Of a stretch of DNA of 64,000 nucleotides, positions 49,073 through 60,754 are shown piece by piece. The notes under the pieces were generated by a model. The model was not told where the DNA came from and did not search any database. It saw nothing but the letters and a program-made list of their open reading frames with translations. Both the position numbers and the translations under genes were made by a program. The DNA lies in assembly GCF_006345805.1 (NCBI RefSeq), contig NC_043001.1, positions 44,888,001-44,952,000 of the forward strand. The letters are read 5' to 3'. This DNA comes from Octopus sinensis (Eukaryota). The stretch's first letter is position 1. Each line of letters starts with the position of its first letter.

Positions 49073-50089
49073 GTAAAAGAATTATGCCTAAAAGTATTAT
49101 AAAATGCTAGCAGAAAGACTGCCCTCCAGGTAGTTTTCTGCTCAACACTTGATAATAGTTTCACATTCAATTCCCAATTTTAATAATTTTTATGATATTT
49201 TACGTCTAATTATTTCTTTGTATAGTAGTGCTCATTTGCTTAGTAAATATTGTTTTCATTATTTTATCACAGTCATAATCTCTCTTTTTTAAACAAATAT
49301 CAAGGTAGTCCAACTAAATTTAGTGTGCAAAAAAATAGCAGCAATCACAGAGATATTTTAATACCTATAGCATTGCTAAATGTTCTTTTTCTGTTGCATA
49401 TTTTTTTGGACACCCCATGTTGAATTGCAAAATTCTAATGTGATATTTGTGTAATAACAAAATCAAACCTGGAGTTTGTGTGTGTTTATATTAGAGAGAC
49501 AGTGTGTGTGTATGAGAGAGAGAGAGAAGGTGGGGAGAAAGCATTGCAAACAATGAACAAAATAAACATGAAATGAAAAAACTGTAGAAATAAAAGCTTG
49601 TTAAAAAGTGTCTTGTACTGAATATTTAAATTTGTGAACTTGAAATATTCAATAACAAAAGAAAGTTCAGAAAGTAAATTTTCCTGAAAACTTCAATTTA
49701 TAAAAATCTCATTTGCTTAGTAAATATTTATTTCAGTGATTTATGTTGGTGTTGTAATATATCTCTACTTTAAACAAACTTCAAGATAACCCAACTAAGC
49801 TTAGCATGCTAGAAATAGCAGTGATCACATAGTTATTATTGTAAGGCTTTTAGAATTCCAAACAGCCATACCAACAAAATCACTAAATATTTGAAAAAAA
49901 ATTATACTGGTATATTAAAAAATGTTCATTTTATCAAAAATATTCATTTAACTAACTCCGGAAAGCCTCAGAGTTATACTGTTATTTTGTCTAATAGCAC
50001 TCATTAATTCTATAAATAATTCTTTTACATTACGTGTATAGAATAAACTGTGGGTTTTTCAAATAGTGAATTAAAACTTCAAGTGAAAA

Positions 50090-50421
50090 CATTGAAATGA
50101 ATATACGTGGTGGCACGTAAAAAGCACCATCCGTTCGTGGCCGTTGCCAGCCTCGCCTGGCCCCCGTGCCGGTGGCACATAAAAAGCACCATCCGATCGT
50201 GGCCATTTGCCAGACTCGTCTGGCATCTGTGCTGGTGGCATGTAAAAAACACCCACTACAGTCATGGAGTGGTTGGCGTTAGGAAGGGCATCCAGCCGTA
50301 GAAACATTGCCAGATCAAACTGGGCCTGGTGCAGCCTTCTGGCTTCCCAGACCCCAGTTGAACCGTCCAACCCATGCTAGCATGGAAAGCGGATGTTAAA
50401 CGATGATGATGATGATGATGA
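50090..50421 (+). mobile_element. RTE 3'-UTR-derived element (young copy)
   Basis: Reverse complement of the 23004 and 56808 copies; ends CATGGAAAGCGGATGTTAAACGATGATG. Confidence 0.8.
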
Positions 50422-50430
50422 TATATTAAA

Positions 50431-50822
50431 CTAGCAGTATCGCCCGGCGTTGCTCGGGTTTGTAAGGGAAATAACTATATAAGCATTTTTAGAGATGTAA
50501 AGTATAATAGCCATCTCAATATGGCTAACCACAAAGGAGGGGGGTGTTGTAGCTTTTTACGTTCTGAGATTTAATAAATTTTAAGAGAGTTACTTCCCTT
50601 ATATATGCCAAAAATGCATTAAAAATGGGAAAAATTGATTGTAAATTTTTTTTTAAATCGTAGACTCATCGTAGATGCGCGTTAATACCTAGAAGGGCTC
50701 AATATGAATCACGACTATAAGATACCCGGTTTTGGTTAAACTGTACCGCAAAATGTGGGAGTAGTTAGGAATCTAAATCGTAGGAGACAGACAGCACACA
50801 ACCTCACTTTTATATATAAAGA
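50431..50822 (-). mobile_element. Complete non-autonomous Helitron (392 bp)
   Basis: Minus strand: A|TCTTTATATATAAAAG...CCCGAGCAACGCCGGG (GC hairpin)...CTAG|T. It has 5' TC, 3' CTAG, an A/T target and no TSD. Confidence 0.85.
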
Positions 50823-52029
50823 TTATCATTAATGAAAATAGAGGCAAGAGAGAGTGAGAGACAGTTGCAAATGAATACGGAAAATTTTACCTGCAACGAA
50901 TATTGTTTATTAAACATTAAATACTCTGCAGTGAATGCAACAAATATTTAAATTTGTGAAAAACTTGTAGTTCAAATATTCAATAAACTTCAGAAATCAA
51001 AATTACAGGAAATTTCTTGGAACATGAATTTATAGAATAATTTCCAGATGGTCAAGCCTTTCATAATTGCATACTTTTAGTAACTGTTACATACCTAATT
51101 AGTAAGCAGCTTTCTCAATTATAATATAGTTATCTGTTATAAATTATGAAATTTTAATAAAAGAAGGTTGTTCACCAATTTAGTAGGAGAGGTTGTTCAG
51201 TGTGAGAAAATGAAATTATCAAAAGGCATTGTTTTGGGTTGACATAACGCAGATTTATTTAAAAGGAGGATAACATGGTGTAACAAATAAACAAAGGTAA
51301 TTATGATTTTAACTTGTGTATAAGGATGTGTGCGTTGATAGAAATAACAATCTGCTGGAGTGATGCTAGCAGAGAAAAGAGTTAGCTTACTAATAAGCAG
51401 TAAAAATCCATGTTGTGTGAAAGCGAAAATGCAATAAGTTGTTTCCAATTGAGTGTATAAGTAACCAGTCAGTGTGTTGTTCTGTATGACCAAAGTCACT
51501 GGACACCTGATGATCACATGTTAACATTTCAGCAGTTAATGAAAGTTTTTTAAGTTTACATGCCCTTCAGCTGGGTGGAAGTCATCATGTGTATTCCTCT
51601 GCTGCTAGCTTTTAAAGGGCAGAGGAATTCAGTACCAGTGTATTGTTACGCAGGAGTAAAATAGTTTGACTGCTCTGCTACAAAATCGATATATTTTACT
51701 TTTGTTGATGTCTCATAAAACGACAAATTCTGGTAGTTTCAACAAATTTGGGTCTTCAAAATCTTTTTTCAACATCTAATAAAGTAATGAAATCATCAGT
51801 ATATCAAATTCTAACTGGCATAGATCTTCTCAAAATTACAAATTTTGATAAAGGAATGGGATTCTTAAACTTCCAAATAATCAAATGACCTCATAACAAT
51901 TACAAATTCTAAGAGATCTGGATTCTCAATATTACATTTCCTTACTAAGGAGGTGACACAATGGTAAGTTTTGATATTGTATCAGCCAAGTTTTTCTTTC
52001 TCAGTATTATGACTGGTTTAAGGTGGTAA

Positions 52030-52235
52030 TCTGGCAGAATAGTTACTGCGCCAAGCAAAATGCTTAGTGACATTCCATCCATGTTTATGTTCTGATTTTA
52101 AATTCTGCTTAAGTCAACTTTGCCTTTCATCCTTTTGAGCTTGATAAAACAAGTATCAGTTGAGTACTGGGGTCTATCTAATCAACTTATCCTTCCCCTT
52201 AAATTGCTGGCCTTGGGCGAAAATTTGAAATCAGT
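52030..52235 (+). mobile_element. CORE-type SINE
   Basis: TCAACTTTGCCTTTCATCCTTTTGAGCTTGATAAAACAAGTATCAGTTGA block. Confidence 0.7.
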
Positions 52236-52397
52236 ATTATGATTGAGTTACTGTGACTCTCTATATATATTTGTCTGTCTCTCTGTCTCTTTCTCTCTCT
52301 CTCTCTCTCTTTCATTCTCTTAACAGATTCAAATCATATCTAGACTTCTGAAGATTTGTTGATGATGATACTTTTTGTGTTATCTCTTTATATTTAG

Positions 52398-52506
52398 GTT
52401 TTGGTCTCTGCTGCATCCCCTATGTTCAATACATGGTCCAGCTTCTTTGCCATTATCAACTTCCTTCTGCCATGGCTATGGACATAAATACTTTCTAAAT
52501 GGAGAG
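52398..52506 (+). CDS. ENGASE: ENGase exon 8 (109 nt)
   Basis: tttag|G TTT TGG... RFWSLL...LPLSTSFCHGYGHKYFLNGE; donor GAG|gtaag. Confidence 0.95.
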
Positions 52507-53010
52507 GTAAGCTCTTTAATATGTTTTCTTTAAACTTTGAATGACATAAGGAATCTTGGAAGTAGTCTTTTCCTATCTACTGTTCTGATTTTTTTACTCC
52601 CACGCATAAAGATGTGACCCACACTAGCTGCATCCATAGCCTCACACTGAAATATATGCTCTCCACACATCAAATTCACAGGAAGTGTCATTGTAACCAC
52701 AAGACACCCTGTAAATAAATAAACAAAACTCAAAAATTTAAACATAATGTTACATAGCATGAAAAGCACCTTTATGCAACCTAACAATGTTTGTACTATT
52801 ATTCAAGAAACAAAATTACAAGCCAAACCCAAAACACTTCAGATCCCAAAATACACCCTGATAAATTGTTGTTGTTGCTGGTGGTTTTGTTTTCTCGTTT
52901 TGTTTGTTTTTTGTTTTTTTTAATGCAGGGAAAGATATGGGTTTTCACCTTGAAAAATATTTTTCTTTCTCAATGCATTTTTAAATGAAAGAATATCTTT
53001 TCTTCCACAG

Positions 53011-53186
53011 TGCCTTTCCAATAAAGAATGGGTCAGTATGGGAATGCAACAGATACAACTAGTTCAAAATTCTGTGAACTCTAACGATGAAGTTTTTTCC
53101 AAATTGTGTCTAGAAGATGGTTTTATTGGTGGTAGTTGCTTGAAAATTTTTAAATCAGTTCCAGGAAGTCAGAGTTACTTGCACAG
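53011..53186 (+). CDS. ENGASE: ENGase exon 9 (176 nt)
   Basis: ccacag|TGC... EWVSMGMQQIQ...CLEDGFIGGSCL; donor AG|gtaata. Confidence 0.9.
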
Positions 53187-53479
53187 GTAATATCTTAATA
53201 AGCATCCAGATAAAAGATATCTCACAAGTGCCCCAATAATAGCTATTATATAAGTGTTGAAGTTATAGATACCACATTGATTTCAAAGTAATAGATATTA
53301 TATGATTGTTCAGTTGATATATATCACTGTGGTAGTTAAGAGGTTCTGAATATCACACAAGGAAAACTTGTTAATTGTAATTCCCCACTTACCAGGGGTA
53401 AGTAAACCAAAATCCTAACAAATTATTTCTTTTAGCTTATTTTAAGGTCTTTTTTTTTGTTTTTTGTTTTTTTTTTCTC

Positions 53480-53665
53480 AATTCATCATTGTTATTGTTT
53501 GACATGTTTTGCATGCTGGCATAAATTGGACAATTTGACTGGAGACAATGAACAAGAGAAATGCACCAAGCTTCAAAGTCTGCTTTGGTACAGTTTCTAT
53601 GGTTGGATGCCCTTCCTAACACCAACCACTTCACAGAATGTACTGGGTGCTTTTTACATGGCACC
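53480..53665 (-). mobile_element. Decayed RTE 3'-UTR-derived element
   Basis: GGTTGGATGCCCTTCCTAACACCAACCAC...GGTGCTTTTTACATGGCACCAG. Confidence 0.7.
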
Positions 53666-54712
53666 AGCGCGAGTGAGGTGGCAGCATAGGTAATGTGGAA
53701 TGTGGGCAGTGTGCAAGAGATGCACAATATTAGGGACAGAGTTACAAGTACAAAGGAAGATGAGCATAAGCAGTGGGGGCTGCTGTTGGCAGAATGAAAG
53801 GGATTATTGGATGAAAATGGAGGTGGAGTGGAAAATTAGATGGTAGGGAATGATAATATGATCGTGAGGTGAAAAGTCAGAGTTAAAACAGCTGAGTGAA
53901 TAGTCTCAGTGAAAAGAGTGGAGGGGTTGGTGTTATGAAGATGAGTTGACGGGCAGAGAGACATGTCATGCAAAGATTCAGTCTCTTGCCCACAACTTAT
54001 GTGAAATATATCACTAACATGCAGGGTTTTTTGTACACACACACACACACACCTCAGAAGTGTTCAAGTGATAGTTGATTCCTGGACATAACCATGTCCA
54101 AGTAACAGCTGTCAAAGTTATGAAATCAACTAGGCTTGAATTTTGATTTATTGATCCAAATGAGTAAGATTTGTTTGTAGCAGTTGCAGAAGACACTGTG
54201 GGAGAATACAATGCATTTGGTGAGTTAGGGGTTAAAGTATTTTAATGAATGAAGGCTTGTTATTTTAGTTGGGCATCCTATTTTTGTATATGGCCTAGAT
54301 GTTACAGTAAAGTCCTTGTTATGAAGTAATGTGGTCATATTTTGGAGTTGATATTTGATAGGTAAAGGAAAGTATATTTAATTTTACATTGTATAAATTA
54401 ATCAAGCAATTGATATTGGCATCAGGAACACATTAAGTTTTTATGATAAAGTAATATGCAATGAAAAAAAGTAGTATATCCTATGTGCAATTTCTCTCAC
54501 TTTTATAACATTACAGGAACTGGATGGAAATCTAATCCTTATGAATCTCTGGAATTTATTGAAAAAATTAACTAATTCTGCAAATGGTGATTGAATTTAA
54601 AATAGGGTTTGATAGCTACAAGAGTTGCTTTTGATTAAGTATTAATTATACATTTCATTTGCTTGAACCATTAATGAATTCATACTGTATTTTCTTTATC
54701 ACAATCTTCCAG

Positions 54713-54967
54713 CATCTTCCATTGTAATGTGACAGTGAATGAGGAATTATTAGTCAGTTTTTGTGTGAAATCATTAGTAGAACAAATCAAACAGGAGTGC
54801 CTGCAACTAACATTCACTAGAAAAGACGGTAAACAAGACAAAGTACTTCTTGTGGCAAATTCAAGCTATTATCCAGTGGAACTTCGAAAGAGTGAAGTGA
54901 AGAGGATTCTTGAAAATGCAGATATCTATCTTCTTCCTGAAAATGGATCCAATGGTTGGAAACAACA
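54713..54967 (+). CDS. ENGASE: ENGase exon 10 (255 nt, phase 2-2)
   Basis: cttccag|C ATC TTC... ends NGWKQ (cf. GWVQ in vertebrate ENGase); donor CA|gttagt. Confidence 0.85.
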
Positions 54968-55329
54968 GTTAGTAAAATATTGGCTTTACTCATATTCATT
55001 TTCAGATTTTTAATTGTTCTTTGATATTTCTCTTATATGCTTCAAAGGTACATTTGTGTGTAAGTCTGATTTAAAAAAAAAAATTCTTGTATGAGAAATA
55101 GTTTAAAAGTTAACATCATCATCATCATTTAAAGTTGACTTGTTCATGCTTGCATGGGTCCGACAGGATATGTTGAGGCAGATTTTCTACAGTTGGGTAC
55201 CCTTCCTGTCACCAACTCTCTCCTCTTTCCAGCAAGGTAAAGTTTCCCTGTCGCAAGACATGGTAGCTAGAAACTGAAGGAAGCTCATTGTGTGTTTATG
55301 TTTACACAAATGTGTGTTTCTGTGTGTGT

Positions 55330-55720
55330 ATGTGTTAATATATGTGTATGTATATGTTTGTGTGTTTGATGCCAGGCGTGACCAATGCTAGTGTTGCCTG
55401 ACTAGCATCCATACCAATGGAATGTAAAAGGCACCATTCAAGTATGGCTGATGCCAGTGCCACCTGACTGGCTCCTGTGTCGGTGACATGTAAAAACACC
55501 ATTCGAGCATGGTTGATACCAGTGCTGCCTGACTGGCTCGTCTGCTGCTGGCACATACAAAGCACCCATTACACTCTCAGACTGGTTGGCTTTAGGAAGG
55601 GCATCCAGCTATAGAAACCTTGCTAGATCAGATTGGAGCCTGGTGCAGCCTCCCGGCTTGCCAGTTCTCAGTCAAACCGTCCAACACGTGCCAGCATGGA
55701 AAGTGCACGTTAAATGAAGA
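55330..55720 (+). mobile_element. RTE 3'-UTR-derived element
   Basis: Minisatellite units, GGAAGGGCATCCAGCT, and tail CATGGAAAGTGCACGTTAAATGAAGATGATG. Confidence 0.75.
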
Positions 55721-55764
55721 TGATGATGATGTGTATATGTATGTTTGTGTGTGTGTGTATGTCT

Positions 55765-55806
<42 letters not shown>

Positions 55807-56067
55807 TTGTTGCATTTTAGAACAGCTAGAGAAATATAGGTTTTTCATGAATGAAAATTGATTGGTGTGATAATTTAAATTAACTCTGTCATTCTTTTAA
55901 GTTATGATTTTCAGTACTCATCCACAAAAACTTCTATTACTTGAGTTGTTCTAAGATCTGTACAAACATGGAATTATGAATATGAAAATGACGTGTGTAT
56001 ATGTGTGTGTGTGTGTATTGGCATTATTATATATTGGCATAAAAATAACAACAGATGGATAATGGTT

Positions 56068-56157
56068 CATTCACTACAGCTGTTTCCAATGAATTTTTTA
56101 ATTGATGAACAGAGGTATTGCATCATGTGAAATAAAAACATTTTCATCAGGTGAATA
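56068..56157 (-). ncRNA. Type I hammerhead ribozyme motif with intact core, antisense in ENGase intron 10
   Basis: Stem I ATTCAC(56156-51)/GTGAAT(56074-69); CTGATGA 56150-44; AT-rich imperfect stem II (AATG/CATT at its base); GAAA 56086-83; ACAGCTGT palindrome; GUA triplet (A at 56075). Confidence 0.65.
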
Positions 56158-56661
56158 TGTGCAAATTACACATTCAAACATTCCAAACATCACCAGTTTG
56201 TGCTACTTCATGATCCACTGACTAGTAATAGTATATATATATATATCATAATCATCAATTTTCAATGTTTACTTTTCCAGCTTGCTTTGGTCAGACAAAA
56301 TTAATTGAGGCAGATTTTCTACAGCCATATTCCAATACTCCTACCCTGTTGCCAATCCTCACCTGTTTCCAAATATGATAATCTTTTTCTAAGGACAGGC
56401 ATGTTTCATGGAAAATTAGAAATGAAGAGCACCACTTTTGTGATAGTGACACCTATTTCTAACTGTATCAAGACAAGGAAACACATACATACACATATAT
56501 GTGTGTGTGTATATATATATGTACATACATACATACTACAAATTTCTCTCTGTTTCCACTAAATCCACTCTTGGACTAACCCTATAGTAGGTGCTATACT
56601 CAAACCATATCATTAGGAAGTGAATTTCTTAACCGTTATATATATGTGTATAATTTCTAAA

Positions 56662-56735
<74 letters not shown>

Positions 56736-56807
56736 CTGTAAAGCATAATAATAGATAGTACTCTGAGGTAGAAATGACAATTTTAAAAGAAAACACATCA
56801 TCATCAT

Positions 56808-57225
56808 CATCATCATCGTTTAACGTCCACTTTCCATGCTAGCATGTGTTGGACGGTTCAACCGGGGTCTGGGAAGCCAGGAGGCTGCGCCAGGCCCAAT
56901 CTGATCTGGCCTTGTTTCTACAGCTGGATGCCCTTCCTAATGCCAACCACTCCGAGAGTGTAGTGGGTGCTTTTTATGTGCCACCTGCACAGGTGCCAGA
57001 CGAGGCTGGCAAACGGCCACGATCGGATGGTGCTTTTTACATGCCACCGGCACGGGGACCAGACGAGGCTGGCAACGGCCACAATCGGATGGTGCTTTTT
57101 ACGTGCCACTGGCACGGAGGCCAGACGGGGCGGTGCTTGCAACGGCCACGTTCGGACGGTTCTCTTACGTGCCACCGGCACTGGTATCTCAGCTACAATT
57201 TCCATTGATGTTGAAAGATTTCGAT
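56808..57225 (-). mobile_element. RTE 3'-UTR-derived element with 4 minisatellite units, ending ~75 nt before exon 11
   Basis: Near-identical to 23004-23420. Confidence 0.8.
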
Positions 57226-57299
57226 TTTGATTTACACCATTATTAATTTAAAAACAGTGCAGATTTTTTAAAGTTTTGGTTCTCTGTTCTCAATTTTAG

Positions 57300-57408
57300 T
57301 TATTTCTTGGTGGAAGTGAAGGAGCAGCCACGTGAACTGACTGATATCAGTATTGGATTATACCAGAATTCATTGGAGCCTTTTGACTTTCTACTTGGTC
57401 AAATTCAG
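57300..57408 (+). CDS. ENGASE: ENGase exon 11 (109 nt)
   Basis: ttttag|T TAT... HYFLVEV...FDFLLGQIQ (cf. CRLGEIQV); donor CAG|gtaata. Confidence 0.85.
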
Positions 57409-57429
57409 GTAATAATGGTTTCAAATTTT

Positions 57430-57700
57430 GTCACAAGGGCAACAATTTTGGGGGAAGGGGATTGTTCACTTTATATCAACCCCAGTGCATAACTAGTACT
57501 TATGTAATTGACCCCAGTGCATAACTGGTACTTATTTAATCGAACCCAGTGTGTAACTGGTACTTATTTAATCAACCCCGAAAGGATGAAAGGCAAAATT
57601 GACCTCAGCAGAATTTGAACTTTGAACATGAAGAAAGATGAAATGCCACTAAGCATTTTGCTCTGTGTGCTAATGATTCTGCCAGTTCACTGCCTTAAAT
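57430..57700 (-). mobile_element. CORE-type SINE with an internal ~32-bp triplication
   Basis: CCCAGTGCATAACTRGTACTTATKTAAT repeated three times at 57480-57575. Confidence 0.75.
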
Positions 57701-57840
57701 TCCGGTAATAATAATAATAATTATTGTAAATTTTGTATTTTGTCATTATTATGAGGTAAGGCACAATAGTGAAGATCAACATTTCTGCATTCATAATCAC
57801 TAGAAGTAAATAGTACGATACATTACATTAATAATGTTGA

Positions 57841-58010
57841 TACAAAGGTGAGCTGAAAAGTTCCTGGCTTTTGGTTAAAGAAAATACAGGAAGATCAAAT
57901 AATTTTAATTTTATTCAACATGTGCCCTTCTCAGATTCACACACTTATTGCAGTGGCCCTTCAGTTTTTCTAAGCCCTGCAAAATAACTAGGAAGGTTGA
58001 ACCTCCAACC
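57841..58010. mobile_element. Terminal fragment of a second mariner family
   Basis: TA-CAAAGGTGAGCTGAAAAGTTCCTGGC TIR-like end. Confidence 0.55.
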
Positions 58011-58021
58011 AGACCTTATTT

Positions 58022-58655
58022 AATTATTTTATTTGCTAAAAAAATGTCTGAAACCATGGTTCAGGAAATAGATGGTAAATGTTTTTATTTTTCATTCCCT
58101 TTGAGATTTTATCCATAACTAGTGGTTTGAACTTTAGCTGTTCCTTCTAGCGTAAGGGAGTCCTATGATGGATACCTCTTAATCTGTTTAAATATACAAT
58201 ATATAGTCTATGGACTAATTTTTCTATGTGCTAGGCCACTGGTAGTAAAAATTTCTAAAATCTTTATTACCCTGATATTATTAATTATGTATAATGATTT
58301 CTGGAAAATTGTTCGAAGAAATTGCCAGCACTTTTTTTTTTTTTTGCTGCCAACAAAAAACTGCGCTTGTGTGGTGGATTTGAAAAAATTAGAATATATA
58401 AGCAAGAGGCACATGCTGGATTCGCCTCATACATATATGTTTAATCTTGGCGTACCTGTTGACGAAGACTTTGCCTACCAAATTATTTTATTTGCTAAAA
58501 AAAGTCTGAAATCATGGTCCAGGAAATAGATGGTAAATGGTTTTTTTTTTCATTCCCTTCGAGATTTTATCCCTAATTAGTGGTTTGAAGTTTAGCTGTT
58601 CCTTCTAGCATAAGGGAGTCCTTTGATGGATACCTCTTAGTGTGTTTAAATGTAC
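58022..58655. repeat. About 175-bp direct repeat (58022-58197 and 58481-58655), period 459
   Basis: The two segments align end to end with scattered substitutions. Confidence 0.9.
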
Positions 58656-58698
58656 ACTGTATTTTATATATATTTATATATAAATATATATATTTATA

Positions 58699-58755
<57 letters not shown>

Positions 58756-58789
58756 ACACACACAGATAAATATATACATATACCAGATT

Positions 58790-58920
58790 CACTCACAATG
58801 CTTTGTTTGGCTCGAGTCTACAGTAGAGGACACTTGCCTAAGGTGCCGCGCAGTGGTACTGAACCTGGAACCATGTGGTTGGGAAGCAAGCTTCTTACCA
58901 CACAGCCACTCCTGTGCCTA
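58790..58920 (-). mobile_element. tRNA-derived SINE head (another decayed copy at ~59720-59990)
   Basis: Reverse complement AGGCACAGGAGTGGCTGTGTGGTAAGAAGCTTGCTTCCCAACCACATGGTTCCAGGTTCAG. Confidence 0.75.
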
Positions 58921-59338
58921 TATATAAAACTATGTGTATCATTAATTTCATAGGGCAGAAGGCAGAAAACATTTTACAGAAGAGGTTATAGTTGGCTTTT
59001 GGGTGTTTTACATATCTTTTAAATGTGGTAAAATTGTTTTAAACTATGATGATATTTAAGGTAAGTCTAGTAATAAAATTCTTTAATGGTTCTGTTGCAG
59101 TGTACTGAGAATTTTCTGTGTCTACCGGTTCACATTTTATTATACTGTCAAAGTTTGCAACAGAAGATTCTAATGTAGTGTGAATCCATAAAGTTCTACC
59201 ATTCATATTATGTCACTTGTATGTTGTCTATGTGCTCATTTCTCTCTCATAGCCTGCCTGTCTTTTTTTTTGCTTGTTTCTCTTTCTGAGCGTATTTATC
59301 AATTCCTATCTCACTGCCTACTTGCATTACTATTTCAG

Positions 59339-59653
59339 ATCATTCCTATCAACGAGTCTCAAATATATTCTGTCAAGATCACTGACTTACAAGCTAAAGA
59401 CATGGCTCATTTTCGGCAGATCGTCATAGACTGGAACTGTACTGATATGTCACTAGTACACTACTACAACATTTATATTGCAATTTTAGATGAACAACCG
59501 GAACTTGTTGGACAGAGCATCACCTGCAAGCATGTGTACTCACTACGAGAGGAACAGCAGAGTTGCGATTTTATAGTAACTGTACAACCAGTGATGAGAA
59601 ATGGCTGGGTGGTACCCATTAACAATTGTTCTTCTGTGGAAGTTGAAGAGTAA
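59339..59653 (+). CDS. ENGASE: ENGase exon 12 (315 nt, terminal; beta-sandwich-like C-terminus)
   Basis: tttcag|ATC ATT... VIDWNC...YYNIY...FIVTVQPV...TAA. Summed exons give 1886 nt, or 1887 nt (628 aa) once the missing base is restored. Confidence 0.85.
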   Translation: MIPINESQIYSVKITDLQAKDMAHFRQIVIDWNCTDMSLVHYYNIYIAILDEQPELVGQSITCKHVYSLREEQQSCDFIVTVQPVMRNGWVVPINNCSSVEVEE

Positions 59654-60011
59654 TCTTTCAAATCCTAATATTTGTTTCTGTTTGTTAAAGCAAAAAGTTA
59701 TTTTAAATGACTTTTATATCCATATGCTTTTATAGTCTTTCACTTGCTTCAGTCATTGGACTGCAGCCTTGCATGAGCTTTGTACTTATTCTATTTGTCA
59801 CTTTTGCTGAAATGCTAAATTACAGGGATGTAAATAAAACAACACTGGTTGTTAGACAACACACCGTTTCTTTCTATCAAATTCCTTCACATGGCATTGG
59901 TTGGCCCAGGATTATAGTAGATAATACTTGTCCAAGGAACTGTGCAGTGGGACCAAACCTGCATCCACAAGGTTCCAATATGAGCAGCTCACTATAAACA
60001 AATTGCTTAAG

Positions 60012-60439
60012 GGTCCAAACGTGCCACACGCACATTGGAACTGGCAATAACATTCTATTTATACATGTCACTGCTTAGCACTCCCACTCCATTATTTGTT
60101 TACAGTGAGCTGCCGATTGATGCTATCAGTCATTGTACGATGACTGAGATAGCATAAGAGAGACAATCTCTCTTGTCAATTCACAGCACACCCTGTTTGG
60201 TTTCTATGACTGAAGAGGAGATAACCACTCTAAAAATGCTAGCATCTCACATCTGGGTAGGTGGCACTGCAAGCTGATTTAAGTGTATTTACACCATTTG
60301 TCTACAGCAAGAAATTTTCTCGACGACAAAACACAGTGAATAGTGAGTTTACAGGTTCAAACATGCCACAAGCATATTTGAACTGGTAATAACATTGCAT
60401 TTATACACATCACTGCTTAGTGCTCCCATTCCATAATTT
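60012..60439. repeat. 86-bp direct repeats (60012-60097 / 60354-60439; 14 mismatches) flanking a structured insert
   Basis: Aligned by eye; the insert contains nested hairpins at ~60117-60180. Confidence 0.85.
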
Positions 60440-60754
60440 CTTTTATTACATTATATGATCTTTCTACTCTCCCACAAGTATATAAAAAGAAATGTGAAGA
60501 GAACCTCTGCAATGTTGTTTGACTTTGGGATAAACAAAAATAACATCATGAAGCAACTAGAGAGCTTTTGTAGCTACTCTAGCTACTAGAAATAACTACC
60601 AAATTTCCTTCAAATTATCCTATTGTCTGAAAATAGTAGAACACAAAGAGAAATTGCACAATGTTTTCCTTGATACACTGTACTTGAACATCTTTGATCA
60701 CAGAATTTGCATATCAAAGCAAGCCTGAAACTAAAGCATATTTTCATATATCCG

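Noticed and set aside
54517-54590. Possible extra ENGase exon (ttacag|GAACTGG)
   Set aside because: The phase-2 frame hits a stop; exons 9 and 10 join in phase without it.
56960-57180. CRISPR-like repeat-spacer pattern (also 23160-23350)
   Set aside because: The 'spacers' are homologous to each other, making this a ~58-bp minisatellite in a eukaryotic retroelement UTR; there are no cas genes.
56846-57230. ORFs of 70-120 aa in the RTE-tail elements and in (CA)n/(TA)n tracts throughout the window
   Set aside because: Products of minisatellite or microsatellite periodicity with no protein-family motifs.
59654-60200. SECIS element in the ENGase 3' region
   Set aside because: The CDS has no in-frame TGA, and the hairpin lacks the AUGA/GA quartet with an apical AA arrangement.
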